Shown piece after piece: positions 46,976 through 58,948 of a stretch of 64,000 bases of DNA (position 1 is its first letter; the number at the start of each line of letters is the position of its first letter). Made by a program: the position numbers and the translations under genes. Below the pieces are notes generated by a model. That model was not told the origin of the DNA. It did not search any database and worked only from the letters and a program-made list of their open reading frames with translations. The DNA comes from Rhodosorus marinus CCMP1338 (Eukaryota > Plantae > Rhodophyta): contig JAMWBK010000001.1 of the NCBI GenBank assembly GCA_029953675.1, positions 1,984,001-2,048,000 on the forward strand, given 5' to 3'.

Positions 46976-48321
46976 TGCTCCCAACTTCAAAAAAAAAGGA
47001 CCAAAAACAAGTTTACCCCCTAAAAAACGACCCAAACAACACCCCCCCCCACAAAAAAAACACAGAACCAAAGAATTCCAACTCCTTCCTTAAGACTGAA
47101 AACGATGCTTGCCAAGCTCTAGCTTTCCTCTCTCTCCTCCAAACCTACCCTCCCTCCTTGAAACCTGGTGAGGGGTTTTGTAGCCTCACCAGATGTCCAT
47201 CCAGCTCTTCCCACCATCCCCATCGCCATCACGCGTTTCATGAAACCATCTGTTTTTCACTAATATTTTCCGGGGGCAAATGCTGCCATCCTCAATTTTC
47301 TAGTTATACATTGCATGTTTCTCACTTTTTAGGTTTTGAACCCCTAATAGAAACCCGCAGTTTTAGTGAGAAACGATTTTCTGCGTACCCCCTTTTTTCA
47401 TATCGAAAAGTAGTTGTAGTGTAATATTGAATGAAGTTTTGCTCCGTTCTTGATATCCAATTAGTAGAATCATAAGAGGGGTTTTCAATTGAATTTCTGA
47501 TTCATTTGGATTCTGGACCCTGGGGGTGGAGTTTTAGGGTTTGTGGGTGAAAACGCCATTCGCTTTGGATGTATAGAGTGCAAGTTGTATAGGTCTCCGT
47601 TCCAGCAAACGAAGCTCAATGAAGGGGTCAGAACAGAAACGTTGAGGGGATTTGGCCCCCGTTAATGATCCGATTGTGCCTTGTACTACAATTTGGGAGT
47701 TGTGGAAAGCATAGCAGGGATCACTTTCCGACTAGTTCTCTCTTTTCCAGAAGTTACGACTCCCGGAATGAACAATGGGTTTCGTAGGATCGGTTGTACC
47801 GGATTGCGATGGGATATGAGAGCACAAGCCCAAGACTTTTTGCAAGTGATATCAAGATACGACGAGAGACGTCCAAGCTGCTAATTGTTCTTCCCCTGTC
47901 TTCAAGCTTCCAAGCTCTGTTCTACGGCTTTGTCTGCATCAGCAAGTTTTATCGGATTGAATGAAGTGCTTACCAGAATTAGCTCAGTACCTGACTGCCA
48001 AACCATCAATCATGTGAGAACGACACGAGAGCGGGGCAACTACCTTAGAATTCGAGGTATACCTGTCGCCAATGCATTTGACGGGGAGCCTTCTCTATTG
48101 TCTTCCATATCCGTTCTGATTGACGATCGACTCAGTACATGTCACTGGTTTCACGCAGTATGAGCGCTCTAAATGAGACCAGAGGACCGCTTGTAGTGCC
48201 GGATGACTTGACGTTCTCTTGATACTCACACACTGGAGTCTGCGGGTCCCGATTCTGCCTTTCTAACCACGCCGGTCCCCGGGCTTCGCGTTCATTCCGT
48301 CAAGTGACAAGTTACCCCAAC

Positions 48322-48455
48322 CCTTAATTTTAAATTGGGTACCAGACCGTAATCAACTTTATTTTCTCGACCTCCGCCAAAAAAGAGCTTTTACCGAAAG
48401 CCTTAATTCTAAATTGGGTGCCAGACCGTAATCAACTTTATTTTTCGACCTCCGC
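48322..48455. repeat. Direct duplication of about 55 bp (period 79) just 3' of the Lhcr stop codon
   Basis: CCTTAATT(T/C)TAAATTGGGT(A/G)CCAGACCGTAATCAACTTTATTTT(C)TCGACCTCCGC at 48322-48377 and 48401-48455. Confidence 0.95.
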
Positions 48456-48465
48456 TACTAAGGTC

Positions 48466-49236
48466 TTAGAAAGCATGCCTCAGAGTAACCAAAGCATCCA
48501 AAGCGGATTTTACTCCGGCCTCGGGGTTTGAGAGGGCATGGAAGTTGGTGAGCTGATCGAGCACTGTCTGGTTGGTAGCCCAATATTGATGGATGAAACC
48601 ACCAACACCGATCATTGCAAGTCTGCCGTTCTTAATCTCATTCACCTGGAACTTTTCATATGCAGCCCTGTCCTTGCCCAGACCCAACGGATCAAAACCG
48701 AAGTATCCTGGTTCTCTCTTGCCCAGCATCGTCTGGTAAACGGCAGCGCAGGAGAGGAACTCGAATCCGGCAATGAACATAAGGATCTGGCTCATCCCAC
48801 CGGTCTTCATGTAGTAGTCTATTAACGTAGAAAGTTCAATCGAGGTCAGAAGGGTTCAAGGATCCTATTCGGAATGACGTTGGAACTCACCGTGGGCCTC
48901 GACTGGCGCCATCTTGGGGAAGTATGTGCCACCGAAAGTGAATATTTCCTGAACAAGGAATCCAACAGCCGCAAGCATGCAAATTCTGCAGTGCTTAATC
49001 TCAGCCTCCTGCAGGAACTTGATCGGGATGACATCGGAGAATCCCAATGGATCGAACTCCGCAGACGCGGGCAACCCGACGCAGTTCTTCGGCTGCTCCA
49101 AGAACGGAACAGCCTTGGACATCGCCATCATTACCGTCGAACGGCGTCCAGCAGCAACACCAGTGGGCGTCCTGGTAGCCTTGGCAGTTCCGAGGAACGC
49201 CTTCGTACCGACAGAAATTCCGCTCACAAATGCCAT
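48466..49236 (-). CDS. lhcr: Chlorophyll a-binding light-harvesting protein, Lhcr type; one intron (48819-48890)
   Basis: MAFVS transit peptide; FDPLGF; [16 protein letters not shown]; FGFDPLGL; [18 protein letters not shown]. Confidence 0.97.
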
Positions 49237-50354
49237 TATGTTATTTATCCCCCTCCAATAAACGATTACTATTTAAAAAAACACTCCCGGAAGATAATAT
49301 TAACCACTAAGAGCCACCTACAAAAAAAAGCCAGTGAACACACTTCCCTCAACTCCGCGCACCCTCCCAACCCCATCCCCCTCAAAAAGCTGTCGTTGAT
49401 AACAGAATGTCGAAATAATCTTGTTCAATGTCATCCCGTCAAGGCTTGACATAGGACACTCAGTCCAAACCAAACAGTCCACCTTAAAACCCCACCTCCC
49501 ACCCCCCAACTCAATCTTCTTCGACCCTTCAAAAACATTCTTAAAATACCTCAAAATAAAAATATCCTCGACGTTATGGAATATATTTACTCCCCTTATA
49601 ATTTGCTATCTGATATACTATCGAATTATTGAGACGGGATCTCGGGTTAAGTGGTTGTCTCCGAGAGTCGACCTGGTACACGAATGAAAGTTCAACGCGT
49701 GTTTTATCCGTCCAATCATTTATATTGAGCAGCAGTTGGGGCTTGAGCTCGGGCTTTCCCCTTACTTAATTTGACATGGGAAACCTCCGTTTTTGTTCTC
49801 ATAAATTTTCACTCCTGGTTTCTTTTTTTTTGAATCTTTTTTGTAGATAGCCTTGGGAGGGTAAGCATTTCAGGGGTCGGGATCGGATACTCCAGCTTGC
49901 CCTATTTGTTTGCTTGTTTCGTTTTTCTGGATTTATTTAGAACAGGAATCGACATCAGAGTAAGATATATTTACATAATATTATTTTAGATGGACTGTTT
50001 GGGAAGGAATAAGTCGTAAATTTGTGACAGGACATAATCAGTCATTATGGGAATAATCAACCAATAGGGATTAGGTCAATAACTTCATGCAGTCAAAAAG
50101 TGTACAGTCAGTTAGCGAGGTGGTCGGTCGGTTCCCGAACGGTGGTGGGAGTCCCCACGACCATATAGAAGGGAGATGGAGACTTGTGAGCTGCATGCTG
50201 CAAATAAGCCATCCGACTCCTCCACCGAAAAAATGCTGCTTGGAAGTTTTCCTCTTCACTTGTTCGTTGTGGTGGTGCATGAAAAGCGCAAGCAACTTTT
50301 GCCAGGATCGAGGGCCCGTCCTGCTCAAGGACTCCAAAGCAGTTATAGTCAATA

Positions 50355-51149
50355 TCACCAACTGATGATTTCACGATCTCGGAAGAAGCCTCCTGATTGA
50401 TAGGTCGACGGTCCGCCTACGACGAGTTCCGCAACGGCCTTGGCTGCATCACTGGGGCTTCTTGACGCCGACGGGTTCATCCTAGTTCGCACGTCCCCGG
50501 GACAGACTGAGAGAACTCGAATACCAGATTCGTTCAAATCGTTATGCAGGAGGCGCGTGTAGCAGTTCAGAGCGAACTTGGAGACTTTGTAAGTGGGCTG
50601 TTCGCCGTGTACGACTTCTTGCGGACGCAATGCGTCAGCTTTTTCTGCCAATTCTCGGAGCATGTCGAGAAGGGCGTTGGTACTTTGGACCCTCTCAAAT
50701 CTCTCCCGAACCGCTGTAGAAAACCAGACGCTTTCGCCATCCCCGCTCGAAACGTTCAAGATGCACGCGTCCTCACCAAGGAGCTGGCCCAGGCATGAAA
50801 CGGTCCTCACTGCGCCAAACAAGTTCACCTCCAAACAATCCGTCAACGCGCTCGATGACCACTCCTCTAAACAAACCGCCGCGTTGTTCACAATCACGTC
50901 CAGAGCTCCGTACTGGTCTCTAATGACCAGCGCCAAATTCTCTGCACTGCGTTCATCGCAAACGTCCAATTCCAAAAACCGTACATCAAACCCTTTTCTC
51001 TGAAAGGTCCCAGCTTCCGCGCATCCCTTCTCCACATCCCTACCAGTGAGCAGGACGTGGTGGTTCAGTCCAGCCAGCTCCTCCACAATAGCCAATCCCA
51101 AGCCTCTCGTCGCGCCAGTCACCAGGGCAATCCGCTTCCTCCGATCCAT
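50355..51149 (-). CDS. Short-chain dehydrogenase/reductase, carbonyl-reductase-like; intronless
   Basis: TGATRGLG Rossmann motif, VNNAA, catalytic YKVSK and CPGDVRTRM. Confidence 0.93.
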   Translation of the reverse strand: MDRRKRIALVTGATRGLGLAIVEELAGLNHHVLLTGRDVEKGCAEAGTFQRKGFDVRFLELDVCDERSAENLALVIRDQYGALDVIVNNAAVCLEEWSSSALTDCLEVNLFGAVRTVSCLGQLLGEDACILNVSSGDGESVWFSTAVRERFERVQSTNALLDMLRELAEKADALRPQEVVHGEQPTYKVSKFALNCYTRLLHNDLNESGIRVLSVCPGDVRTRMNPSASRSPSDAAKAVAELVVGGPSTYQSGGFFRDREIISW

Positions 51150-51215
51150 CTAAAACAACTTCCAAGAAACAAAAAAACAACCTCACACAAACGCTCCACA
51201 TCCAAGTTCCGCCCC

Positions 51216-52509
51216 TCATAGCCTTCCACACCGAACAACTTCGACACGCCTCAGAATCTTATATTCGTACGCATCCAGAGCTCTCTTATCCCGCAGAACG
51301 TTCTGTCCAAAAGACGTCATAAACTTTTTCTGCGCCTGAAACACTTCATCCGCCAAGCTTCCTTCCTTCTCCATCGACCTACGATCCAAAATGACCAACC
51401 CCTTTCACGTCAGCACACTTGAAAAGGGGGATACCAAACTGCGGAGCCAGGAAAAACCGCAAGAAAATCACGCGCGGCGAAGCTTTGCTGCGCTCCCACC
51501 CGCGAGGGAAAACTCCTACCTGTTCGTTCTGACGGGCAGCTGTTCGATCTGTTCGAGGACGTCATATCCTTCAAGAACTTTACCGAATATAGTGTATTGG
51601 CCATCCAGAGGAGGATTGGCATCGAGGACAATTGAAAACTCCGGTCCGATATGGAAGCGCTGCTTCGCCAGGAGCCCTCTACTGATCGGCATGAGGCTGT
51701 TCACTTCGAGTTCCGCCGCCGCGGGTAGTACGGAGCCGTCAAAGTCATAGTAGACCTTTGGCGTTGGAATGTCAAAAGAGTTTCAGGTCCATAGCATGAG
51801 ATAAAGAGTGGTCACCTGTGCGAAGATCTGGCGTTTGGGGGCCGGGGGGGGGGGCGTTAGCTTGTACCTCCTGGTTGACTACAAATGTGGTGAGATTTCG
51901 GATTCGACCCAAGTCGACGAGGGAGCCCGGAACACATCGATATATGAGCGAGTTGGTGTACTCTGGCGAACCAGGCTCGAACTGATCGCCCGCGCGATTT
52001 CCAGGAACCAGTTTGAGGAAATCCTGGACCGTCTGTGGGGCATCTTTACCAAACAGCCCAAACGTTACTCTGCCGAGATCCTTTCCGTTAACACTCACGT
52101 CAAAGTACACACGGTCGGTTACTGCGACTTCTGTGCCGTTCCCTGAGTTCTAAACAACGAAGAAATCAAAAAAAAACGCCAGCTCGCGTTAAACGCCAAT
52201 GTCAGGAGAGGACGTCGCAATGGGCAGCCATACAACTGTTTTCGCGCTCGACACAGCCGCTCCAAACGCCAGCTCAACGAACTCTCTCCTCGAGAAACTC
52301 TCAATCTGCTCGATAGCGAAGATAAGACCCCCCACATCAGCCCTCCAATCCCCCATAAAAAACAAACAAACAAAGAGCGCTCAAAAAACAGGCGCAAAAC
52401 CTACTCCATTCATCCTCAGCGTCCTCCGCCGATCCGCTCCGCCCTCACGCTCCAGCCGCGACTTGGGCAGACCACTCACCACTCCAATGAATCCTAAGCT
52501 CATCATCAT
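51216..52509 (-). CDS. Thylakoid-lumen cyclophilin-type PPIase, CYP26-2-like, multi-exon
   Basis: Transit peptide MMMSLGF, twin-Arg signal SRREFVELAFGAAV, VTDRVYFDVSVNGKDLGRVTFGLFGKDAPQTV, YTIFGKVLEGYDV, and last exon ...LRDKRALDAYEYKILRRVEVVRCGRL. Confidence 0.85.
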
Positions 52510-52682
52510 CCTCTTACTTTCCAACAAAATAACATTACGGGCCTCCTTAACAATCCCACCCCCTCCCCGCCCTCCCCCCCCCCTTCGCCTAACCACGCAT
52601 TCCTTCACATCCAATCCACCATCGCCCAACACTCAACACTGTTCACAGTCGCCCACAGCGATGGATGAACAGTTAAGGACAA

Positions 52683-52885
52683 CGATGGGACAACGATGGG
52701 ACAAAAAACTGGGACCAAACTGGGACCAAAATGGGACAATGAAGGGACACAGAATGGGACTTATGATGGGATTATGATGGGATTATGATGGGACTATGGT
52801 GGGACTATGGTGGGACTATGGTGGGACTATGGTGGGACTATGGTGGGACTATGGTGGGACTATGGTGGGACTATGGTGGGACAAT
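52683..52885. repeat. 11-bp G-rich minisatellite (GGGACTATGGT) with a polar divergence gradient
   Basis: Eight perfect units at 52790-52877, preceded by about 9 diverged units (GGGATTATGAT, GGGACCAAACT, GGGACAACGAT). Confidence 0.97.
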
Positions 52886-53090
52886 AGACTGAAGCGTAAG
52901 CGTCGGGGGGGAAGGGGAAGAAGTGAGTCAACGCCCTCTTGGTAGTTTGTGTATGTGAGAGGTTGGAACTACGGAAGTACTGGGAGGTGGTGGGGGAGGG
53001 AGGCTGGAGTTTTTTGTTTTTTTTTGGATTCGTTGTGGAGTGTATTGTATATGTAAATAAAGGGGGCCATTATATATAGAGGGCGGGGTG

Positions 53091-53864
53091 ATGGATGACG
53101 ACAGTGGATGGATTCAGGCGTTGAGCGGGGAGGTGCCCGCGGGTGGGAAGGAAGGGGGGGAGGAGAAAGAGGTGGTGTCTGGAACTGGAGGGAAGGTTTC
53201 GACGGAGCAGGGTGGGAGACGGAATGATAAAGATTTACGGGAGCTTGTTAATGATCAGCGAAAAGGGTGGGTGAATCCTTCATATGGTAGGCCTGCGGGT
53301 TGGTCACGGCCTCCTGGGCCTGGGCCGAACCCCAACGGACCGGGGCCCGGTCCGGGGCCAGGTCCAAGGATGGATATGGGTAGGGCGATGCCTAGATTTC
53401 AGTATGCACCGATGTACTCGGATCGGAGAATGCCGTCTAGAAGGTACGAGCCGAGGACAGATTTTATTCACGATCGGTTCTCTAGAGGAGGAGGTGGAGG
53501 AAGTTTTCGACCGAGGATGTTGAGAGACCCGCCTAACTCGAAAATCCATCTATCCACTGAGAATGGGAGGGTGCGGATTGAGACAAGGAAGCGGTTGCCA
53601 CCCGATGATGGTCGAATTCACGGGAAAAGATACCGCGGTGAAGATGAGCATCCGGTCGATGGAGATTATAGAGGGGACAGAGGAGATAAGCGAGGCCGGT
53701 ACAGCCATGTAAATAGAGTTGATTCAAGAAGACCAAGTGCAAGTGACAACCACGAATCCAACCCGGCGAAAACACCTAATGATAGGAAAAAGCTTCTGGA
53801 CGAACTGCAGAGAATTGAAGAAGAAATGGCGCAGATCAAGAAGCCAGCAAACAAGGACGAGTAG
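53091..53864 (+). CDS. Low-complexity Gly/Pro/Arg/Asp-rich protein with a C-terminal coiled coil; function unknown
   Basis: Uninterrupted ORF of about 257 aa after a G/T-rich leader; PGPG tract, RGGGGG and RGD-like repeats, and DRKKLLDELQRIEEEMAQIKK. Confidence 0.65.
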   Translation: MDDDSGWIQALSGEVPAGGKEGGEEKEVVSGTGGKVSTEQGGRRNDKDLRELVNDQRKGWVNPSYGRPAGWSRPPGPGPNPNGPGPGPGPGPRMDMGRAMPRFQYAPMYSDRRMPSRRYEPRTDFIHDRFSRGGGGGSFRPRMLRDPPNSKIHLSTENGRVRIETRKRLPPDDGRIHGKRYRGEDEHPVDGDYRGDRGDKRGRYSHVNRVDSRRPSASDNHESNPAKTPNDRKKLLDELQRIEEEMAQIKKPANKDE

Positions 53865-54077
53865 CGAGCAGTTCGCCAACAAGAAATGAAGTGCAGGCAC
53901 AAACAAAGCCTACTTTTGTATATGTCGATCCCCTTCAAAGCCCTACTTGTACAATTCTCGGCGTTCATCGCCCTGCTTAGTCACCCTTGCAAGAAAAAAT
54001 TGAAACGAGGGAGCAGACTAGCAGACGCAACTTATGAATACGTAAATAGCAAGATTAGCAGCAGCAGAAACGCCTCC

Positions 54078-55785
54078 TCAGGTGTCCATATCTGTCCGCG
54101 GCTTCTTCTTCGACGGTAACTCCCTATCGCTCATGTCACCCGGAGCTTGACCATCCATTTCCAACAATGCTCGTCCATTCTCACTAGCTGTAATAGTCTC
54201 TCCTTCTCCAAGCTCTGTGATACCCAATATCAACTTCAGTAGATCCCGAACATGCTCAGCCTTGTCAGGCCTGCACCCCGAACCAGAGCAGAGAAAATCG
54301 TGAGTCAGAGGGACCATCTTCTCGACGTTCAACCATTGACACTTCTATGACGTACCAAGCATCGGACAGGCTCCTATCTTCCAGTCCAGAGAGCGAACTC
54401 GGTACGAACAGTCTCTTCCTCGTGTCCCGGCTCGTGGGTCTCATCCAGTCCACTACAAAGTCACTGTGCTCAACTCCATCGTAGAGCAGGAACAGTACTT
54501 GAGCACCTGAAGCTTTCCTACGTTAATTTCACGTGTGAGAACAGAGGCGTTAGATTAAGATTCAGGTTGGTGTTGCGACATCAGGAGGGTGCGTTGGGAA
54601 ATCCTACAAAACGTTGAAAAACTGTGCACTAGTGTGCCATGGTACAGTGGCGTCCCTCCCGGAAGTGGTTAATATGCACAGTGGTGCAGCGGAACGATCG
54701 GGAAGGCTGGCAAAGAAGCCGCTTCGCTCTGCCCAAGTTTGTCCGGTGAGCTTCAGAGACGAGATCGTCTTTCCCAGTTCAGGAGCGATCCTGGAGCTCG
54801 GGCTCTTCAAGAGGTCACCTGCTTCGTCGCTACTGAAGAGCCGACTAGGGGAGAACCTAGAAAAGTTCTCTGAGCCATCCATTGCGGGTTTCATAGTGCT
54901 CATCTCAGAAACGCCGCGCCAGGCTTCGTATTCGTAGTGATCGGCGATATCGTAGACGCCGCAGCTGCCGACGACGATCAACGGTTGTTGCTTGGATTCT
55001 CTTAGCCGACGCAGTACGTCCATGAACGCCAGCTGAGCACCCGCGGAGTGCGCAAAGATCACGAGCTTCTTGGGGTTGCCTCCGTAGTTGTTGCAGTTGG
55101 CGAGGACGTACTCCGTGCCGTCATGGATGTCGTCCAGCATGTCGTTGATACCACCATCTGGGTAAGCCCTGTAGCTGATGGTGGCAGCAACCATACCATG
55201 CTCCGCGAGACTCTTCCCCAGAAGCACGTACGCGGACAGGTTCGCAGAACCCCAGGCCCCTCCGGGAACGAAGAGGACGACTGGGGCGTCGCGCGTTTTT
55301 ACGTCGGAGAAGAACACGAGCTTCTGCTTGTCATGAGCACCGTACGATACCTCTTTCCTTCTGATCGGATGATCGAGCTGAGAAAAGTAGTGCAAGCTTC
55401 TCAGCCCGACTCCAACGTGGTTGAGGTAGAACACATGCGTTTCGAGAATGAGTTTCGTAAAGTATGCCACAAAGCGAAGCTTTCCCACCTTGGAAGGAAT
55501 CTCTCTGATCGCTCGAGCAGCGCCTCGGAATGCTTGATGAGACATCCTGACATCGCCAACCCGTCGTTGTCGTTTTGTGCGCCCAGCCGCTTGAAACCCG
55601 AGCTCAAAAGGGACAGCAACAAAGTCGCTCCTGATCCGTCCGGTTGAGATCACAGGGACTCGGGTGCAGACGCCACAGTAAAAGCTAAGATGCTGGAACC
55701 CAACACCGACGCAGACTCCATCACCCATTGACGAAATTGACGAGAAGTTGTGAAACTTCAGTCGATCCATCCTCGGCATCCTCAT
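54078..55785 (-). CDS. Alpha/beta-hydrolase, isoprenylcysteine methylesterase (PCME/ICME)-like; 3 exons; true start may be Met at 55728
   Basis: VSYGAHDKQKL; FVPGGAWGS; AHSAGA nucleophile elbow; D-x-TVPW. Spliced exons add LFLLYDGVEHSDFVVDW (catalytic His) and end at 54078. Confidence 0.88.
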
Positions 55786-55913
55786 TCAGCCATCGACTAA
55801 GGTTTTGAGTTTCATCAACACGGGAAGGTTGTGATTTAACTTTTCGATGGGATCACAAACGGTGGGTTTTGCTTGCTCAACCAATGCTATGACAGCCTGT
55901 GGAGTTCAGAAGT

Positions 55914-56030
55914 CAATCATGATTCATTGCATGATATTGGCAGCTTGTCATGTGAGAGGGCAATCATGATTCAATGTATGCCTGTACCGGAGATGATTGA
56001 TTATTAGCCTAATGGCTAACGTTGATTGAA
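55914..56030. repeat. Diverged copy of the 47-bp repeat family seen at 33950-34110
   Basis: CAATCATGATTCA at 55914 and 55961 (period 47). Shares CAGCTTGTCATG, ATGATTCAAT, GATGATTGATTAT and TGATTGAATAT in the same order. Confidence 0.75.
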
Positions 56031-56140
56031 TATCGAGCGATCTATCGGACGGACAAATTGGACATGTTTTGCTGAAGATTTTATACCAGATGTCTAGTAA
56101 TTTTATACTGTTTTCAATAGTTTATCCCCGTCGAGAATTT

Positions 56141-56242
56141 ATTGGCCGTGGATAAAGTTTATTGGACGAGCCATGACAACGCGACCATTGGCCAAAATCC
56201 GTTGGCCTTGAGAATTTTTTTTTTTGTCATGTCAAGGCCAAT
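56141..56242. promoter_or_regulatory. Cluster of CCAAT boxes in the divergent ICME/CtIP intergenic region
   Basis: ATTGG at 56141, 56161 and 56187, and CCAAT at 56238. Confidence 0.35.
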
Positions 56243-56849
56243 GTTATCTTGGCCAAGAAAATATTCATGATAGTTTTAGTCAGCCGTAGGACTCTGATTA
56301 ACGCAGTTCTTCTCAAGTGAAAAATTTGACTCTAGAGTGGAACGGGAACAGATCAAGCACATCCGCTTCGACTAGAATCAGATTAGGCGCGACCCCGAGT
56401 TCAGAAAGGGGTTGAGGGTTGGGCTTCGGGAGGGAGTGTAGTTTGAAGCACTCCAACTCCTAATGACGGCCTTGAAGGCTTGGGAGGCTACAAGTATCAC
56501 GAAAAGCCTTTAAACACATCACCACCAGCAGCCTCAGTGGCCAGAAATCCTAAAGACAAGAGGCCGATGAAACCCCGCTCATTCAGCATCGAAGGGCGGG
56601 ATATCCAACAAGCTCATTTTCTTCCACCATTAAAACTTCTAAGCCATTGCCCCCAGTTCAAAAACATTTGGCCTGGTCATCACCATTTTTGGAGAAATTT
56701 CTCTTTAATATAATATTCTTTTCCATATATATTGTATTTAAGTAATATTTTGACGAACATATGTCTAGACACGTCTATTCTACGTATTCTAGGATTTTAG
56801 GGGGGAACTCTTGGTTGGAAAAGCTGTTTTGGTGGTCTTTCGCGTTGGA

Positions 56850-58482
56850 ATGGATGGGGAACCGTGGAAGGAACGCTTTAGGCAGGCATTGATCAATGAA
56901 CCTATTAAGAGGCATTTAGCATCTGAATGTAATGAGTATTGGAGGCTATTGAGCTCTGTCAGAGAAGATCCATTAGATGATAAGGTTTTGGAAGAAACGG
57001 AAGTTGTGGGGTGGTTTCTGAAGTTCACCAGAGCTGGGAGCTGAGGCGTGAGGACGTTTTGGAGGCCCGGAGAGGGTGTCTTGTATATGACGATGTTATT
57101 TGAAGATCATGAGGGTCAACCTCACGTCCCGTTCTCAGTTTCTCAGGTTTTGAAACTGCTGGCAGAGCGGGACAGGAAGTTGAGGAAGGTGAGGTCGCTG
57201 GAGGGGAAGTACAGTCGGGAGTATCTCGAGAAGATCGTGATGGTTCTCGTTGAGGACATCGAGAGTATTCGGAGGGAGGTTGATGTGCTCAAGACGAGGA
57301 GAAGGTCGAATAAGCCGGGAAAGCTGGCGACGGACACCTCACCCGCACAGATCCAGCCGTCAGCTGACAATGGCAGCGATGTCGATGGGGAAGGTAATCG
57401 CGAGATACTTCAACCGTTCCAGCCGGGTAGTTGGTACGTACTCCAGATCCACTGGTTTTCCACATTGGGAAATTGGCTCCTGAAAACGGGGGATTCGTTT
57501 GAGGAGTTTAGCTTTTTGATTTTTTTTTTTGTGCCGGAAGGTACGCCGATGAAAGTACTCCCGCACCGCGAAAAAGGAGAAGGTTTTCCTACGCAGAGTT
57601 GAACTCTGAACTACCGATAGACAGCGCAACGGAGACCCCGAGTTTTGAGGGGGGAGTGTCGGATAGATCTGGAGGTTTAAACGGCAACGAGGATGTCCTT
57701 CGTGAAGGCACGGCCCAAGAAGACGACGAAGGCGTCGAGCTGGAACATTCGGATCCGGACCAGGAGCAGGGGCAGATTTTGACGAACACTACAGATGATG
57801 CTAAAGCGTTGAAGGTCTCCGCACCTGTTAAGGAGCCTCCCTTCATGCAAGAGGTATCTATAGCAAGCTCGGATAAGTCCAACATCTGGATTGCGATTGT
57901 TCACGCGCAATTCGACTGCGGAATTATTGGCAGATTGAAAAGCGAGAAGATATACTTGACGTATGGTGTCCACCAAAACTGCGACCCCCAATATCGCAGC
58001 AGGTAACAGCCCAAGTCGAGGGGAAGGAAACCACCTACCCAGCTGCAGGAAAATCTATGGAAAGGGGAGTCGGCCTGTCACAGAACCGCGGTGCTTCAAC
58101 CCCTAAACGCAGAAAAGACAAGACTCCAATCGAGGAAGATTCGAAGCGCAACCCGGCGGTACGGGGAGATGGCTTTGTCGCCAACGCTGTTGTCAGAAAA
58201 CCATCCGAGCGCGAGGCGCTTATTGGGTCTGACTGTCGAGAATGCAGAGAAAACTGGAAGTTTCTATCAGCGTTTGGCAAGGTGTGACGCTTGCGCCACT
58301 TCGCCTGCCTTTGGAAGAGCTCGGTAATGAGACGACTTATGCTCTTTTTTCGAACAAACTCTCAGGGAACCTCGAACATCAAACAAGTCTGCTCGAAACA
58401 CCGCTATCAGCATGCTCGACCAATGACACCGGACCACTGGAATGCAGTTTCTTTCACGGAGACGAGGACTCAGCCTCCTTGA
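56850..58482 (+). CDS. COM1: CtIP/Sae2/COM1 DNA end-resection factor, multi-exon
   Basis: The C-terminal exons splice to VVRKPSEREALIGSDCRECRENW...VCSKHRYQHARPMTPDHWNAVSF, matching the SAE2/CtIP motif (VRKKxER...CxxC...CSRHR...PxTPxxFWxVxF). N-terminal coiled coil and RKRRR NLS. Confidence 0.85.
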
Positions 58483-58948
58483 ACATCGCCACTTCAGTCA
58501 CCAACAAACAGAAGAGTTCTTACCGTGCGGACTCCGAACCTCCCTCGTGCTTGCTTTAGATAGATGTATATTTTCTGGAAGGTCGCCTGAGGGTGGCCAT
58601 TACTGTTCTCAGGGTTCAAGCAGCTCCCGAATAACCGCAAAAAAGCCTCGGTTCTCTTTTTTTTAATTGCGATGATGATATCAATGGCAGTGGGGGGCAA
58701 CAAAAGCACGCTCTCCTTGCATCTTTTTCGAAAAGGAAGAAATTCAGCAGTGAAGACCAGGGCACTTAGGATCCACTGGACATATAGCAATGACCGAGGC
58801 TAACTGGGGAGTAAGCTCCCGCCCCGTCTCTTTCCCTTCTCCCTTCCCCCTCTAGTAAAACCATGTCGGGTTTAGCCAGCGTGGTATAATATTCTTCTCT
58901 TCCCTTTCCATGGAAAAAAAACAAACCAGAACACGGTCCATGCCAGAC

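Noticed and set aside
47681-48163. Two short ORFs between trpE and lhcr
   Set aside because: Non-ATG starts, stops in all extended frames and no homology recognised.
57042-57044. In-frame TGA between two same-frame ORFs, suggesting selenocysteine or read-through
   Set aside because: Falls inside a plausible phase-0 intron (about 56985 or 57003 to 57146) of the CtIP gene.
58494-58790. 98-aa minus-strand ORF downstream of the zinc-ribbon gene
   Set aside because: Lies between convergent 3' ends, includes a poly-A-derived Lys run and has no motif.
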